Shown one piece after another: positions 29,951-40,160 of a stretch of DNA of 64,000 nucleotides (positions are counted from its first letter, which is position 1; each line of letters opens with the position of its first letter). The position numbers and the translations under genes are program-made. Source of the DNA: an uncultured Gammaproteobacteria bacterium (GTDB lineage Bacteria; Patescibacteriota; Microgenomatia; Levybacterales; UBA12049); NCBI GenBank assembly GCA_964533055.1, contig CAZHKZ010000003.1:2483-66482 (forward strand), read 5' to 3'. The notes under the pieces are model-generated. The model searched no databases. It saw only the letters and a program-made list of their open reading frames with translations, and had not been told where the DNA came from.

Positions 29951-31129
29951 ATGGCAACATTTAATCGCAACAAACCACACGTAAATATCGGAACCATCGG
30001 TCACGTTGATCATGGTAAGACTACAACTACAGCAGCTATTGCTACCGTTCTTTCAAAGCATGGCGGTGGAGAAGCTAAGAAGTACGAAGATATTGATAAT
30101 GCACCAGAAGAAAAAGCACGTGGCGTTACGATTAATATCTCCCACATTGAGTACGAGACAGAAAATCGTCACTATGCTCACATTGACGCTCCAGGACACG
30201 CAGATTACATTAAGAACATGATCACTGGTGCGGCTCAGATGGACGGCGCAATTCTCGTTGTTTCTGCTCCTGATGGTCCAATGCCTCAGACAAGAGAGCA
30301 CATCCTTCTTGCACGCCAAGTTGGTGTTCCTTCAATCGTTGTTTATCTCAATAAGTGCGACATGGTAGATGATGAAGAGCTCCTAGACCTCGTTGAGATG
30401 GAAATTCGTGAGCTTTTGACTAAGTATCAGTATCCTGGAGATACAACTCCAATCATCCGTGGCTCATCTCTTAAAGCACTCGAAGGCGATGCAGCTTATG
30501 AAGCAAAGATTATGGAACTTATGAAAACTGTTGATGAGTATGTTCCAACTCCAGAGCGAGATCTCGACAAGCCATTCCTTATGCCTGTAGAGGATGTTTT
30601 CTCTATCAAAGGTCGAGGAACTGTTGTAACGGGAAGAGTCGAGAGAGGCGTTATTAAAGTTAACGAGCCTATTGAAATCGTCGGTATGAAAGCTACAGCT
30701 AACTCAGTTGTTACCGGTGTTGAGATGTTTAGAAAGCTCCTTGATCAAGGTCAAGCTGGAGACAACGTTGGATTACTTCTCCGTGGAGTTGAAAAAGAAG
30801 ATGTAGAGCGTGGACAAGTGCTTGCTAAGCCTGGTTCTATTACTCCACACACAGATTTTGAAGCTGAAGCATACATCCTTACTAAAGAAGAAGGCGGACG
30901 TCACACTCCATTCTTCAAGGGGTATCGCCCACAATTCTACATTAGAACGACAGACGTTACTGGATCTGTTGAATTGCCAGCAGGTGTTGAAATGATTATG
31001 CCTGGAGACAATACAAAGATGAATGTTTCACTCATCGTACCAGTTGCTTTAGAAGAAGGTCTCCGATTCGCTATCCGTGAGGGTGGACGAACTGTTGGAG
31101 CCGGGGTTATCTCAAAGATAATCAAATAA
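29951..31129 (+). CDS. tuf: elongation factor Tu
   Basis: [21 protein letters not shown], full-length 392 aa. Confidence 0.95.
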   Translation: MATFNRNKPHVNIGTIGHVDHGKTTTTAAIATVLSKHGGGEAKKYEDIDNAPEEKARGVTINISHIEYETENRHYAHIDAPGHADYIKNMITGAAQMDGAILVVSAPDGPMPQTREHILLARQVGVPSIVVYLNKCDMVDDEELLDLVEMEIRELLTKYQYPGDTTPIIRGSSLKALEGDAAYEAKIMELMKTVDEYVPTPERDLDKPFLMPVEDVFSIKGRGTVVTGRVERGVIKVNEPIEIVGMKATANSVVTGVEMFRKLLDQGQAGDNVGLLLRGVEKEDVERGQVLAKPGSITPHTDFEAEAYILTKEEGGRHTPFFKGYRPQFYIRTTDVTGSVELPAGVEMIMPGDNTKMNVSLIVPVALEEGLRFAIREGGRTVGAGVISKIIK

Positions 31130-31189
31130 ACCTTTCTGACTTTTGTCTGATTGGTAGCACGTTAACTGTTTGTTAAAGAAAGATACATT

Positions 31190-31498
31190 ATGCCAAAAGG
31201 AAGAATTCGTGTTCGCTTAAAAAGTTATGATGCGAGAGTCATTGACTCTACGTGTCAGCAGATTTTAGATACGGCTATTAGAACCGGAGCTAAGATAGTG
31301 GGCCCAGTTCCTCTCCCTACAGCTAGAAGTCTCTACGCAGTCAATAAATCTCCTTTCGTTGACAAGAATGCTCGAGATCACTTTGAAATTAAGGTGCACA
31401 AGCGTCTTATTGATATCATTTCTCCGACAGACAAAACAATTGATAGCCTTACTCATCTGGAATTGCCAGCTGGTGTAGATGTCGAAATTAAGATGTAG
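31190..31498 (+). CDS. rpsJ: 30S ribosomal protein S10
   Basis: MPKGRIRVRLKSYD..., 102 aa. Confidence 0.95.
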   Translation: MPKGRIRVRLKSYDARVIDSTCQQILDTAIRTGAKIVGPVPLPTARSLYAVNKSPFVDKNARDHFEIKVHKRLIDIISPTDKTIDSLTHLELPAGVDVEIKM

Positions 31499-31565
31499 GA
31501 CACCGCGTTCTACAATACAATAATGCCCGAAATGGAAAAAATAAATATTAGTATGAGGTAAAGAA

Positions 31566-31633
31566 AGCCTAAAAGGCTCACATCGTGAGAGTGAATTGAA
31601 AGATAGCCTACAGGCTATCTTTTTTTGATTTTA
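31566..31633 (+). terminator. cluster of three hairpins ending in a U-run between rpsJ and rplC (terminator/attenuator)
   Basis: AGCCTaaaAGGCT, CTCACatcGTGAG and GATAGCCtacaGGCTATC followed by TTTTTTTTGATTTT at 31621-31634. rpsJ and rplC are normally contiguous. Confidence 0.45.
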
Positions 31634-31635
31634 GT

Positions 31636-32508
31636 ATGAACACATTTATAGGAATAAAAGTTAAGCAGACACAAGGATTTTTAGAGAACGGGAACAGAAC
31701 GCCTATTACAGTCGTTAATGCCCCAGATGTTTTCGTGGTGGGGACAAAATCAGTTGAAAAAGAAGGCTATAATGCTGTGCGCATCGGCTTTGGAACTGCA
31801 AAAAAGCCAACAAAAGCGATCATGGGCATTGCAAAGCTTGCAAATATGGCTGTAGCTCCACGAAAGATCGTTGAGGAGAGGCTCTCAGATGCTCCTACAC
31901 AAGAGTTAGGCGCAACTATTAAGGTAGATGAGGTTCTTAGCATCGGCGACATCGTAGATGTCACTGGTGTTTCTAAGGGTAAGGGATTTGCTGGTGGCGT
32001 TAAGCGATATGGATTTAGGGGTGGACCTAAGACACACGGTCAGTCAGATAGGCATCGTGCACCAGGATCTATTGGTTCAGGAACAACCCCAGGACGCGTC
32101 TACAAGGGTAAGAGAATGGCAGGAAACATGGGCAAAGAGCAAGTCACTGTTAAAAACCTTACTGTTATCGACCTGAATGCAGATGAAAAGACCATCATGA
32201 TTGGTGGACTTGTTCCTGGAATTATGGGAGGAACAATCTCAATTACAAAGGTTGGAGAAGTAAAGGAAAAGAATTTCTCACCACTTTTTAAGATCGTAGC
32301 TGATGCTCCAGTCGAAGAGACAGTATCTGAGCCAGTTATTGAAGACGCAGCAGTCGCAGAATCTCAGCCAGAGGCTGATCGTCCTTTGGACGAAGTTGAG
32401 GAAGCTGTTGTAGCTCCTGAAGCAGAGTCAGTAGTTGAAGCTCCAGTTGAAGCTGAGTCTGAGGAAGTTAAAGAAGAAGTAAAGCTTGAAGAGGAGGAAG
32501 CTAAATAA
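31636..32508 (+). CDS. rplC: 50S ribosomal protein L3 with ~75 aa acidic C-terminal extension
   Basis: L3 core (GKGFAGGVKRYGFRGGPKTHGQSDRHRAPGSIG). C-terminal tail rich in E/A/V/P. Confidence 0.9.
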   Translation: MNTFIGIKVKQTQGFLENGNRTPITVVNAPDVFVVGTKSVEKEGYNAVRIGFGTAKKPTKAIMGIAKLANMAVAPRKIVEERLSDAPTQELGATIKVDEVLSIGDIVDVTGVSKGKGFAGGVKRYGFRGGPKTHGQSDRHRAPGSIGSGTTPGRVYKGKRMAGNMGKEQVTVKNLTVIDLNADEKTIMIGGLVPGIMGGTISITKVGEVKEKNFSPLFKIVADAPVEETVSEPVIEDAAVAESQPEADRPLDEVEEAVVAPEAESVVEAPVEAESEEVKEEVKLEEEEAK

Positions 32509-32509
32509 T

Positions 32510-33280
32510 ATGGCAACAACAAAAACAACATCAGCTAAGGAGAAGAAAGTCCCAGCTAAAAAGACAGCGCCAGTTGTCCAAGAAGCTGTGGTTAAAAATG
32601 CTCCAGAAAAGACTGAGACTGCATCTGATTCTAAGGTGAAATTGACTGCAAATAGTTTTGATATCACTGGTAAAGCGCTTTCTGCGGTCAAGCTTCCAGA
32701 GGAAATCTTTGGCGCAGCTATTAATAAGCCACTTATCGCTCAGGCAATCAGAATATACCTTGCTAATCAGCGACAAGGAACTGTGCGAACTAAGTCTCGA
32801 GGGGAAGTTCATGGATCATCAAGAAAGATTTATAGACAAAAGGGCACAGGTAGAGCTCGTCATGGCGGCATTCGTGCTCCAATATTCGTTGGAGGAGGAG
32901 TAGCGCACGGACCAAAGCCAGTAGATCACTCTCGCACAATGCCTACAAAAATGCGAAGAGCAGCTTTGTTCTCAGTTCTCTCTGAAAAGCAGCAGCTTGG
33001 AAGTATCACTGTTATTGAAGGGTTAGAGAAGATTGAAGCAAAAACTAAAGCATTCGTTCAGATGCTGGCAAAGACATCCCTTGCTGATAAGAAGCAGAAG
33101 ATCTTGGTTGTGCTTCCAGGAACTCTTGAAAATGCGCAGAAAGCATCAAGAAATATTAAGGGAGTGACCTATGTTCACGCAAAGCAGCTTAATTCATATG
33201 ATGCGCTCAATGCAAAGACAATTATCTTGGGGAAAGATGCAATTGGCGTCATGGAGGAAGCTTTTGTAGCTAAAAAATAA
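32510..33280 (+). CDS. rplD: 50S ribosomal protein L4 with ~50 aa basic N-terminal extension
   Basis: L4 core (GTGRARHGGIRAPIFVGGGVAHGPKP). Start set to the ATG at 32510, directly after the rplC stop. Confidence 0.9.
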   Translation: MATTKTTSAKEKKVPAKKTAPVVQEAVVKNAPEKTETASDSKVKLTANSFDITGKALSAVKLPEEIFGAAINKPLIAQAIRIYLANQRQGTVRTKSRGEVHGSSRKIYRQKGTGRARHGGIRAPIFVGGGVAHGPKPVDHSRTMPTKMRRAALFSVLSEKQQLGSITVIEGLEKIEAKTKAFVQMLAKTSLADKKQKILVVLPGTLENAQKASRNIKGVTYVHAKQLNSYDALNAKTIILGKDAIGVMEEAFVAKK

Positions 33281-33281
33281 T

Positions 33282-33569
33282 ATGAAGAACGTATTAATCG
33301 GACCAATTATTACTGAGAGATCCATGGCATCTGTGAAGGAAGGTAAGTTTTCTTTTAACGTTGCACTTCATGCTAACAAAGATGCTATCCGAAAAGCGAT
33401 AAACGTTCAGTTTGGTGTTGATGTTGTCGGAATTGAGACAATAACGCAAAAAGGAAGATCAAAGCGCGTCGGTGCTCGCAGAGCTATTAAGACATTGGCT
33501 TCTTTGAAAAAGGCTATTGTGACATTAAAGACAGGACAAAAGATTGACATTTTTGATCTTGGAGTTTAA
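33282..33569 (+). CDS. rplW: 50S ribosomal protein L23
   Basis: 95 aa, L23-like sequence, conserved position. Confidence 0.9.
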   Translation: MKNVLIGPIITERSMASVKEGKFSFNVALHANKDAIRKAINVQFGVDVVGIETITQKGRSKRVGARRAIKTLASLKKAIVTLKTGQKIDIFDLGV

Positions 33570-33589
33570 GATTGCGAAGCTAAACTTTT

Positions 33590-34330
33590 ATGAATAAATT
33601 AAAAATTATCAGAAAGAAAAAGGGAGGAAGAGATGCTTCGGGACAAGTGTCTGTTCGCCATCAGGGTGGAGAGCATAAAAGATATGTGAGAACTGTTGAT
33701 TTTAAGCGCAATAAAATCGGCATCGTCGGCAAGGTGGCGATGATTGAGTATGATCCAAATAGAACATGTGATCTAGCTCTTATTCACTACAGTGACGGCG
33801 AGAAGCGTTATATTCTCGCTCCACACGGGCTTAAGGTAAATGATACGATTAGTGCAGGTCCAGATGTTGAGATTCAAGTTGGTAATGCTCTACCTCTATC
33901 AAAACTTCCTTTAGGAACTCTCGTTCATAACGTTGAGTTAACTCCAGGAAAAGGTGGTCAAATGGCTCGTGGTGCAGGTGCTGGAGCGATGATGACTGCA
34001 AGAGAAGATGGCTTTATTCACTTAAAATTGCCATCTGGTGAGATTCGAAAAGTTAGCGAAGTTGGATACGCAACAGTTGGACAAGTTGGTAACATTGAGT
34101 GGAAAAATGAGATCACAGGAACTGCTGGTAGAAATCGTCGAAGAGGTATTAGACCAACAGTAAGAGGTGTAGCTCAGAATCCACGCTCACATCCACACGG
34201 TGGAGGAGAAGGTAGATCAGGTATTGGTATGCCAGGGCCTAAGACATTTGCTGGACGAAGCGCAGTAGGTAAGACTAGAAGACCAACAAAGTATTCAAAC
34301 AAGTATATTTTACAAAGGAGAAAGAAATAA
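33590..34330 (+). CDS. rplB: 50S ribosomal protein L2 (shortened N-terminus)
   Basis: [42 protein letters not shown]. Confidence 0.93.
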   Translation: MNKLKIIRKKKGGRDASGQVSVRHQGGEHKRYVRTVDFKRNKIGIVGKVAMIEYDPNRTCDLALIHYSDGEKRYILAPHGLKVNDTISAGPDVEIQVGNALPLSKLPLGTLVHNVELTPGKGGQMARGAGAGAMMTAREDGFIHLKLPSGEIRKVSEVGYATVGQVGNIEWKNEITGTAGRNRRRGIRPTVRGVAQNPRSHPHGGGEGRSGIGMPGPKTFAGRSAVGKTRRPTKYSNKYILQRRKK

Positions 34331-34331
34331 T

Positions 34332-34616
34332 ATGGCACGATCACTTAAAAAAGGACCATACATAGACGAAAGATTACTTAAGAAAGTAATGATCCAGAAG
34401 AACGAAGGTCAGCATGTTGCAATTAAGACATGGGCTCGAGCATGCCAAATTCCACCTGAATTTGTTGGTCACACGCTGGCAATTCACAATGGAAGAATTT
34501 TTGTTAATGTACTTATCAACGAAGGCATGGTGGGTCATAGACTTGGAGAGTTCTCGCCAACTAGAACATTTAGATCACACGGACGTATTGTATCTCGTGA
34601 GATATCAAAGACATAA
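34332..34616 (+). CDS. rpsS: 30S ribosomal protein S19
   Basis: [29 protein letters not shown]. Confidence 0.95.
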   Translation: MARSLKKGPYIDERLLKKVMIQKNEGQHVAIKTWARACQIPPEFVGHTLAIHNGRIFVNVLINEGMVGHRLGEFSPTRTFRSHGRIVSREISKT

Positions 34617-34621
34617 AAATT

Positions 34622-34960
34622 ATGCAAGTTATAGCAACAGCAACACAAATTAGAATTAGTCCAAGAAAAGCTCGCCTAGTAGCCGATGCGGTTCGCGATT
34701 TGCCACTTGTTCAGGCATTGGCAGCGCTTGATGTTATTGAGAAGCGCGGATCAGGTGTTATTAAGAAGACAATTATGAGTGCAGTTGCAAATGCGACAAA
34801 TAATGCAAAGATGCAAAAAGATAATCTCAAGATCTTTAGACTCGAGATATCTGAGGGCCCAGCGTTAAAGAGATATCACGCTTCAACAAGAGGAAGAATT
34901 CATCCATACAAGAGAAGAAGTAGTCATATCAGAGTTGTTCTAGAGGAGGTTACAAAATAA
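34622..34960 (+). CDS. rplV: 50S ribosomal protein L22
   Basis: IRISPRKARLVADAVRD. Confidence 0.93.
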   Translation: MQVIATATQIRISPRKARLVADAVRDLPLVQALAALDVIEKRGSGVIKKTIMSAVANATNNAKMQKDNLKIFRLEISEGPALKRYHASTRGRIHPYKRRSSHIRVVLEEVTK

Positions 34961-34961
34961 T

Positions 34962-35612
34962 ATGGGTCAAAAAGTTAATCCACATCTTATTAGACTAAAG
35001 ACAGTTCATGACTGGGATAGTCGATGGTTCAATGAAAAGAACTACAAAGAAACTGTTCTTGAGGATTATGCGCTTCGAACTATGCTCATGGATAAGCTAA
35101 AGATGGCAGGAGTAAGTCGTGTTGAGATTGAGCGATCTATTAACAATGTTCGTATTATCACCTACGTGTCTCGACCAGGTATAGTTATCGGTCGTGGTGG
35201 TGCAGGCATTGAAGATCTTAAGAAGCTTATTACACGCTTCTTTATTAAACAGGGCAAAGCTGCTAAAATGATGCCCCGCTTTGATTTGAGAGTAGAGCAG
35301 GTAAAAGATCCTAATCTTGACGCTCAATTAGTCGCACGAAGTGTGGCTGAGCAACTCATTAGAAGATTGGCTTTTAAGAAGGTCTTGGTTCAGACTTCGG
35401 AAAAAGTAATGAATGCTGGAGGACTTGGGATGAAGATCGTTCTTACAGGAAGAATCAATGGAGCAGAAATTGGACGAAGAGAAAAGATCCAGGTTGGCAC
35501 AGTGCCACTTTCAACAATTCGAGCAAATATTGATTATGCAAATTTCCCTGCATTAACAAAAAAGGGTTATATCGGTGTAAAAGTCTGGATTAATAGACCC
35601 GAGGAGCAATAA
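34962..35612 (+). CDS. rpsC: 30S ribosomal protein S3
   Basis: [15 protein letters not shown] and C-terminal S3 domains. Confidence 0.95.
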   Translation: MGQKVNPHLIRLKTVHDWDSRWFNEKNYKETVLEDYALRTMLMDKLKMAGVSRVEIERSINNVRIITYVSRPGIVIGRGGAGIEDLKKLITRFFIKQGKAAKMMPRFDLRVEQVKDPNLDAQLVARSVAEQLIRRLAFKKVLVQTSEKVMNAGGLGMKIVLTGRINGAEIGRREKIQVGTVPLSTIRANIDYANFPALTKKGYIGVKVWINRPEEQ

Positions 35613-35614
35613 CT

Positions 35615-36028
35615 ATGTTAGTACCAAGAAGAGTAAAATATCGAAAACAAATGAGGGGAACAATGAAGGGTGATTCATATCGTGGAACGACCCTTGCGTT
35701 TGGAGAGTTTGGCATTGTTACTCAGGATCAGGGATGGATCTCAAGTAGACAGATTGAGTCGGCAAGACGCGCTATCACGCACTATACTCAGCGAGGTGGA
35801 CGTATTTGGATCAGAATCTATCCTGATAAACCAGTCAGTAAGAAGCCACCAGAGGTACGTATGGGTGGAGGAAAGGGAGACATTGAAGAGTATGTGGCTC
35901 CAGTACTTCCAGGGCGCATTCTCTTCGAGATGGGTGGAGTTACAGAAGAAGTTGCAACTGAAGCACTTCGTCTCGCGTCTCACAAGTTACCAGTGAAAAC
36001 ACGATTGATATCTAGGAAAGGAAATTAA
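35615..36028 (+). CDS. rplP: 50S ribosomal protein L16
   Basis: [16 protein letters not shown]16 core. Confidence 0.95.
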   Translation: MLVPRRVKYRKQMRGTMKGDSYRGTTLAFGEFGIVTQDQGWISSRQIESARRAITHYTQRGGRIWIRIYPDKPVSKKPPEVRMGGGKGDIEEYVAPVLPGRILFEMGGVTEEVATEALRLASHKLPVKTRLISRKGN

Positions 36029-36030
36029 TT

Positions 36031-36246
36031 ATGAAAATGAAGATGAAAGAGGAAATTAAGAACAAAGATATGTCAGAGCTTGTTAAGTCTTTGAAGGATG
36101 CTAGAAAGAAATTAGTTGATTCTCGGCTTGAGCAGTCACAGTTCAAATTGAAGAATACTAATTCGCTTACAACTATTCGAAAAGAGATTGCAGTTATTTT
36201 GACTGTAATGAAACAAAAGGAGGATACAAATGGCAAAAACGCTTAA
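36031..36246 (+). CDS. rpmC: 50S ribosomal protein L29
   Basis: 71 aa, L29-like helical protein, conserved position. Confidence 0.85.
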   Translation: MKMKMKEEIKNKDMSELVKSLKDARKKLVDSRLEQSQFKLKNTNSLTTIRKEIAVILTVMKQKEDTNGKNA

Positions 36247-36481
36247 TGGAACAATTACAGCTGTTGGTAACAAGACAGCGACGGTTGAGGTAGTAAGACA
36301 ATTCCCTCACCCACTTTACAGAAAGCTGCTTAAAAGAAGTAGTAAGTTTAAGGTATCTACAGATGCCCTGATGCATGTTGGAGATGTTGTTGAAATTACT
36401 GAGACAAAGCCAGTATCAAAAGATAAATACTTTAGAGTTTCAAAAGTGATCACTGAAGTTAAGGGGGTAACAAAAGGATGA
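36230..36481 (+). CDS. rpsQ: 30S ribosomal protein S17
   Basis: [15 protein letters not shown]...[13 protein letters not shown]. Confidence 0.9.
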   Translation: MAKTLNGTITAVGNKTATVEVVRQFPHPLYRKLLKRSSKFKVSTDALMHVGDVVEITETKPVSKDKYFRVSKVITEVKGVTKG

Positions 36482-36852
36482 TTCAGCATAGATCCATGCT
36501 CTCAGTTGCCGATAATTCAGGTGCAAAGATCTTGCAGGTGATTCATATCTTTGGTGGATCACAACGACGCAAGGGCAGTCTCGGAGATATTGTTAATGCA
36601 GTTGTAAAGCAGGCAGCTCCACATGGCGGAGTGAAAGAAGGGGAAATCGTTAAGGTTGTTATCGTGAGAACTCGAAAAGAATATGGTCGAAAAGATGGGT
36701 CATTCGTACGATTTTCAGATAATGCAGGCGTACTCATCGACAATCAAAAAGACAAGAACCCACGAGGAACACGTATTTTTGGACCAATTGCACGTGAAGT
36801 TCGAGATAGTGGATTTGCAAAGATCGCTAGTATGGCAGTAGAGGTCGTATAA
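36478..36852 (+). CDS. rplN: 50S ribosomal protein L14
   Basis: [17 protein letters not shown]. Confidence 0.95.
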   Translation: MIQHRSMLSVADNSGAKILQVIHIFGGSQRRKGSLGDIVNAVVKQAAPHGGVKEGEIVKVVIVRTRKEYGRKDGSFVRFSDNAGVLIDNQKDKNPRGTRIFGPIAREVRDSGFAKIASMAVEVV

Positions 36853-36861
36853 GGAGAAATT

Positions 36862-37167
36862 ATGAAAATTAAAAAAGGTGACACAGTCATCATAGTCGCA
36901 GGAAAAGATAAAGGAAAAACAGGAAAAGTTGAGAGAGTCTTTAGCAAGACCAATAAGGTCATGATTGAGGGCATCAATCAATACAAGAGGCATATTAAGG
37001 CACGTGCTCAAGGTCAGCAGTCAGAGATTAAGACTATTACAAAGCCGTTGCCAGTATCAAATGTGGCATTCCTTGATGCAAAAACAAAAAAGCAGACACG
37101 AATTGGATACTCAATAACTAAGGGTGAAAAGACAAGAATCAGTAAGAGTACGGGAGGAGAAATCTAA
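36862..37167 (+). CDS. rplX: 50S ribosomal protein L24
   Basis: MKIKKGDTVIIVAGKDKGKTGKV (KOW). Confidence 0.93.
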   Translation: MKIKKGDTVIIVAGKDKGKTGKVERVFSKTNKVMIEGINQYKRHIKARAQGQQSEIKTITKPLPVSNVAFLDAKTKKQTRIGYSITKGEKTRISKSTGGEI

Positions 37168-37168
37168 T

Positions 37169-37720
37169 ATGGATTCATTACAATCACGATACAATCAAAC
37201 AATTAAAGGTGAGCTTAAGACCTCTCTTGAAGTTAAGAACATTATGGCTATTCCAAAGCTCACAAAGATTGTTGTTAACATGGGAGTTAAGGACGCCGTT
37301 GCTGACAAGAAGAATGTTGAGAAAGCAGGCTTGATCATGGGTCAGATCACGGGCCAGAAGCCTCGCGTTGCAAAGGCAAAGAAATCAATCGCAGCATTTA
37401 AATTGCGTGAAGGTGAGCCAATTGGTGTGGCAGTAACACTTCGTGGAGCAAGAATGTATAACTTCTTAGACAAGCTCGTTACGATTGTCTTTCCACGATT
37501 GAAGGATTTTAGAGGAATCAGCAAGAGTAGTTTTGATGGGCGCGGTAATTACACGCTTGGATTTACTGAGTATGCTGTCTTTCCTGAGATTGATCCAGCA
37601 ACTGTTGAGAAACTTCAGGGTCTTGAAGTGGTCATCGTTACATCTGCAACAAATAATAATGACGGACTAAAGCTTTTAGAAGCACTCGGAATGCCTTTTG
37701 AGAAAGGGGAAAACAAGTAA
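37169..37720 (+). CDS. rplE: 50S ribosomal protein L5
   Basis: L5 core. Start set to the ATG at 37169 just after the rplX stop. Confidence 0.9.
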   Translation: MDSLQSRYNQTIKGELKTSLEVKNIMAIPKLTKIVVNMGVKDAVADKKNVEKAGLIMGQITGQKPRVAKAKKSIAAFKLREGEPIGVAVTLRGARMYNFLDKLVTIVFPRLKDFRGISKSSFDGRGNYTLGFTEYAVFPEIDPATVEKLQGLEVVIVTSATNNNDGLKLLEALGMPFEKGENK

Positions 37721-37762
37721 GAGCATTGTCTTTTGAGGCAAGTAAGCTTATAATAATCAACT

Positions 37763-37948
37763 ATGGCAAAAACATCAGACATTGTTAAATTCCAGAGAAA
37801 GCAGAAATTTGAAGTTCGCATGGTTAATAGATGTGCTCTCTGCGGACGATCTCGAGGGTATATGCGAAAATTTGGTCTTTGCAGACTCTGTTTTAGGGAG
37901 AGAGCATCTAAGGGTGAATTACCAGGAATATTAAAAGCAAGTTGGTAA
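37763..37948 (+). CDS. rpsN: 30S ribosomal protein S14 type Z (zinc-binding)
   Basis: 61 aa, CALCGR...CRLCFRE. Confidence 0.93.
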   Translation: MAKTSDIVKFQRKQKFEVRMVNRCALCGRSRGYMRKFGLCRLCFRERASKGELPGILKASW

Positions 37949-37955
37949 AAATATT

Positions 37956-38345
37956 ATGTATCACGTAGCAGATTTTATTATTAGAATTAAAAACGCATCA
38001 GCAGCACGCCGCAAGGAAGTTGTTATGCCTTATTCGAAAATTAGCAAGTCAATCGCAAAGCTTTTGGTAAAAGAAGGCTTTTTGGCCGATGTTAAAGAGG
38101 CTGAGCTTGAAGGTAAAAAGGTGATTCAGGTTGGTATTCGTTATGTTCGACGTAAGCCAGTCGTTAGTACTGTAACAATCATCTCAAAACCATCTCTTCG
38201 AGCATACTTTGATATTGCCGGACTTAAGGGGCAAAATAGAAAAGACTCAACGACGCTTATTATTTCAACGAGTAAGGGAATTATGACTGCAAAGCAGGCA
38301 CTTAAAGAAAATATCGGCGGAGAGTTACTTTTCAAGATCGGATAA
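37956..38345 (+). CDS. rpsH: 30S ribosomal protein S8
   Basis: DFIIRIKNA. Confidence 0.93.
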   Translation: MYHVADFIIRIKNASAARRKEVVMPYSKISKSIAKLLVKEGFLADVKEAELEGKKVIQVGIRYVRRKPVVSTVTIISKPSLRAYFDIAGLKGQNRKDSTTLIISTSKGIMTAKQALKENIGGELLFKIG

Positions 38346-38348
38346 TAT

Positions 38349-38900
38349 ATGTCAAAAATAGGAAAATTACCAATCGACGTTAGCCAGACAACAACAGTTA
38401 CCATTGAGGGTGCATCTGTGCATGTTAAGGGTGGAAAAGGTGAGCTATCATATGTTTTACCAGATGGTATCCAGGTTGTGCAGTCTGAGGGACAGCTAAT
38501 TGTAAGTCCAAAGATCGAGAATGATCAGAGTCTTAGTGCAATGTTCGGACTTGCTAGAGCAAATCTCGCAAACATGGTGCACGGAGTTGAGAAAGGTTTT
38601 GAGAGAAAGCTTGAAATTCAGGGTGTTGGATATAGAGGTGCGATGCAGGGCTCAGAGCTGGTTCTTAACTTAGGATTTGCGCACCCAGTTAAATTTAAGC
38701 CCGCGGAAGGTGTTACCATTAGTGTTGCTGATAATATTATTTCCGTAAATGGCATCGACAAAATGCAGGTTGGTGAGGCTGCTGCAAAGATTCGAAGCGC
38801 TAAAAAGCCAGAGCCATATAAAGGAAAAGGAATTCGCTATGTTGGTGAGCAGGTTAGACGAAAAGCTGGAAAAGCTGCAAAGGCAGTAGGAGCTAAATAA
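38349..38900 (+). CDS. rplF: 50S ribosomal protein L6
   Basis: MSKIGKLPI, two L6 repeats. Confidence 0.93.
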   Translation: MSKIGKLPIDVSQTTTVTIEGASVHVKGGKGELSYVLPDGIQVVQSEGQLIVSPKIENDQSLSAMFGLARANLANMVHGVEKGFERKLEIQGVGYRGAMQGSELVLNLGFAHPVKFKPAEGVTISVADNIISVNGIDKMQVGEAAAKIRSAKKPEPYKGKGIRYVGEQVRRKAGKAAKAVGAK

Positions 38901-38904
38901 CATT

Positions 38905-39234
38905 ATGAAATCAAGAGTTGAACAAAGACAGCAGAGAACTAGAAACAAACTTCGATATATTTCATCGAGGCCACGACTTTCTGTATTTAGATCTAATCAG
39001 CATATCTATGCCCAGATTATTGATGATGCGGAGAAGGTAACGCTCGTATCAGCATATGAAAAAGATACTACTGGTACAAAGATCGAGAGAGCAAAGAAGC
39101 TTGGAATTGCACTCGCAGCTGCTGCACTAGAGAAGAAAATCAAGGAAGTTGCTTTTGACAAAGGAAGCTATGCATATCACGGAAGAGTAAAGGCATTTGC
39201 TGAGGGAGCACGTGAAGGAGGGCTTCAATTCTAA
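38905..39234 (+). CDS. rplR: 50S ribosomal protein L18
   Basis: [18 protein letters not shown]. Confidence 0.9.
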   Translation: MKSRVEQRQQRTRNKLRYISSRPRLSVFRSNQHIYAQIIDDAEKVTLVSAYEKDTTGTKIERAKKLGIALAAAALEKKIKEVAFDKGSYAYHGRVKAFAEGAREGGLQF

Positions 39235-39235
39235 T

Positions 39236-39718
39236 ATGAACGATAATTATCAAAGAAGTGAATTCATCGAACAGGTTGTTAAGATCAGCCGTGTTTCCAA
39301 AAAGACAAAAGGTGGAAATAAAGTTGGTTTTTCAGCGCTCACTGTTGTGGGTGATGGAAAAGGCAGAGTAGGCGTCGGGCTTGGAAAAGCGCCAGACGTT
39401 TCCTCAGCTGTAAGAAAAGGTATTATTCTTGCTAAGAAGCATTTTATCGTTGTACCACTTATTAATGGAACTATTCCATCACGAGTTGATGTAAAGGTGG
39501 GAGCAGCTCGCATCATGTTAAAGCCAGCTCCAGCAGGTAGTGGTATTATTGCGGGCGGAGCAGTTCGAAGTGTTGTTTCAGCTGCTGGTATTAGCAACAT
39601 TTCATCAAAGGTTCTTGGTAGTAATAATAAGGGTGGCAACGTTAATGCGACACTTGAAGCACTCCGACAGTTATCAGTAATGCAAGAGAAAAAGAAGGAA
39701 CTTACAAAGAAGAAATAA
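39236..39718 (+). CDS. rpsE: 30S ribosomal protein S5
   Basis: VVKISRVSKKTKGGNKVGFSALTVVGDGKGRVGVGLGKA. Start set to the ATG at 39236 after the rplR stop. Confidence 0.92.
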   Translation: MNDNYQRSEFIEQVVKISRVSKKTKGGNKVGFSALTVVGDGKGRVGVGLGKAPDVSSAVRKGIILAKKHFIVVPLINGTIPSRVDVKVGAARIMLKPAPAGSGIIAGGAVRSVVSAAGISNISSKVLGSNNKGGNVNATLEALRQLSVMQEKKKELTKKK

Positions 39719-39719
39719 T

Positions 39720-40160
39720 ATGGAATTACATACATTACCACGATTTAATACAAAGGGGAAAAGAAGACTGGGGCAAGGTCATGGCTCCGGTCGTTCAAAG
39801 ACTGCAGGTAGAGGTACAAAGGGTCAATTGGCTCGTAATACCGTCCCGCTTACATTTGAAGGTGGAGCACTTTCACTGATTAAGCGTCTTCCATTTAGAC
39901 GAGGAAAAAGTAGAAATTACTCAATAAAAGCTGAGATCGCTGTTCTTAATGTTGGTGACCTCAAAGTCTTCGCAAAAGATGAGCAAGTAACTGTAGCCTC
40001 GCTTCAAAAGCACAACCTCTTAACAACTGGCGAGACAGCTGTTAAGATATTGGGAGATGGAGATGTTACTGTTCCCCTAACAGTATTAGTTCCTGCGACA
40101 AAGAGTGCGAAAGAGAAGATCGAAAACGCAGGCGGTAAGGTTGAATCTACAGTTTCATGA
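39720..40160 (+). CDS. rplO: 50S ribosomal protein L15
   Basis: [19 protein letters not shown]. Follows rpsE directly, with no L30 gene between. Confidence 0.93.
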   Translation: MELHTLPRFNTKGKRRLGQGHGSGRSKTAGRGTKGQLARNTVPLTFEGGALSLIKRLPFRRGKSRNYSIKAEIAVLNVGDLKVFAKDEQVTVASLQKHNLLTTGETAVKILGDGDVTVPLTVLVPATKSAKEKIENAGGKVESTVS

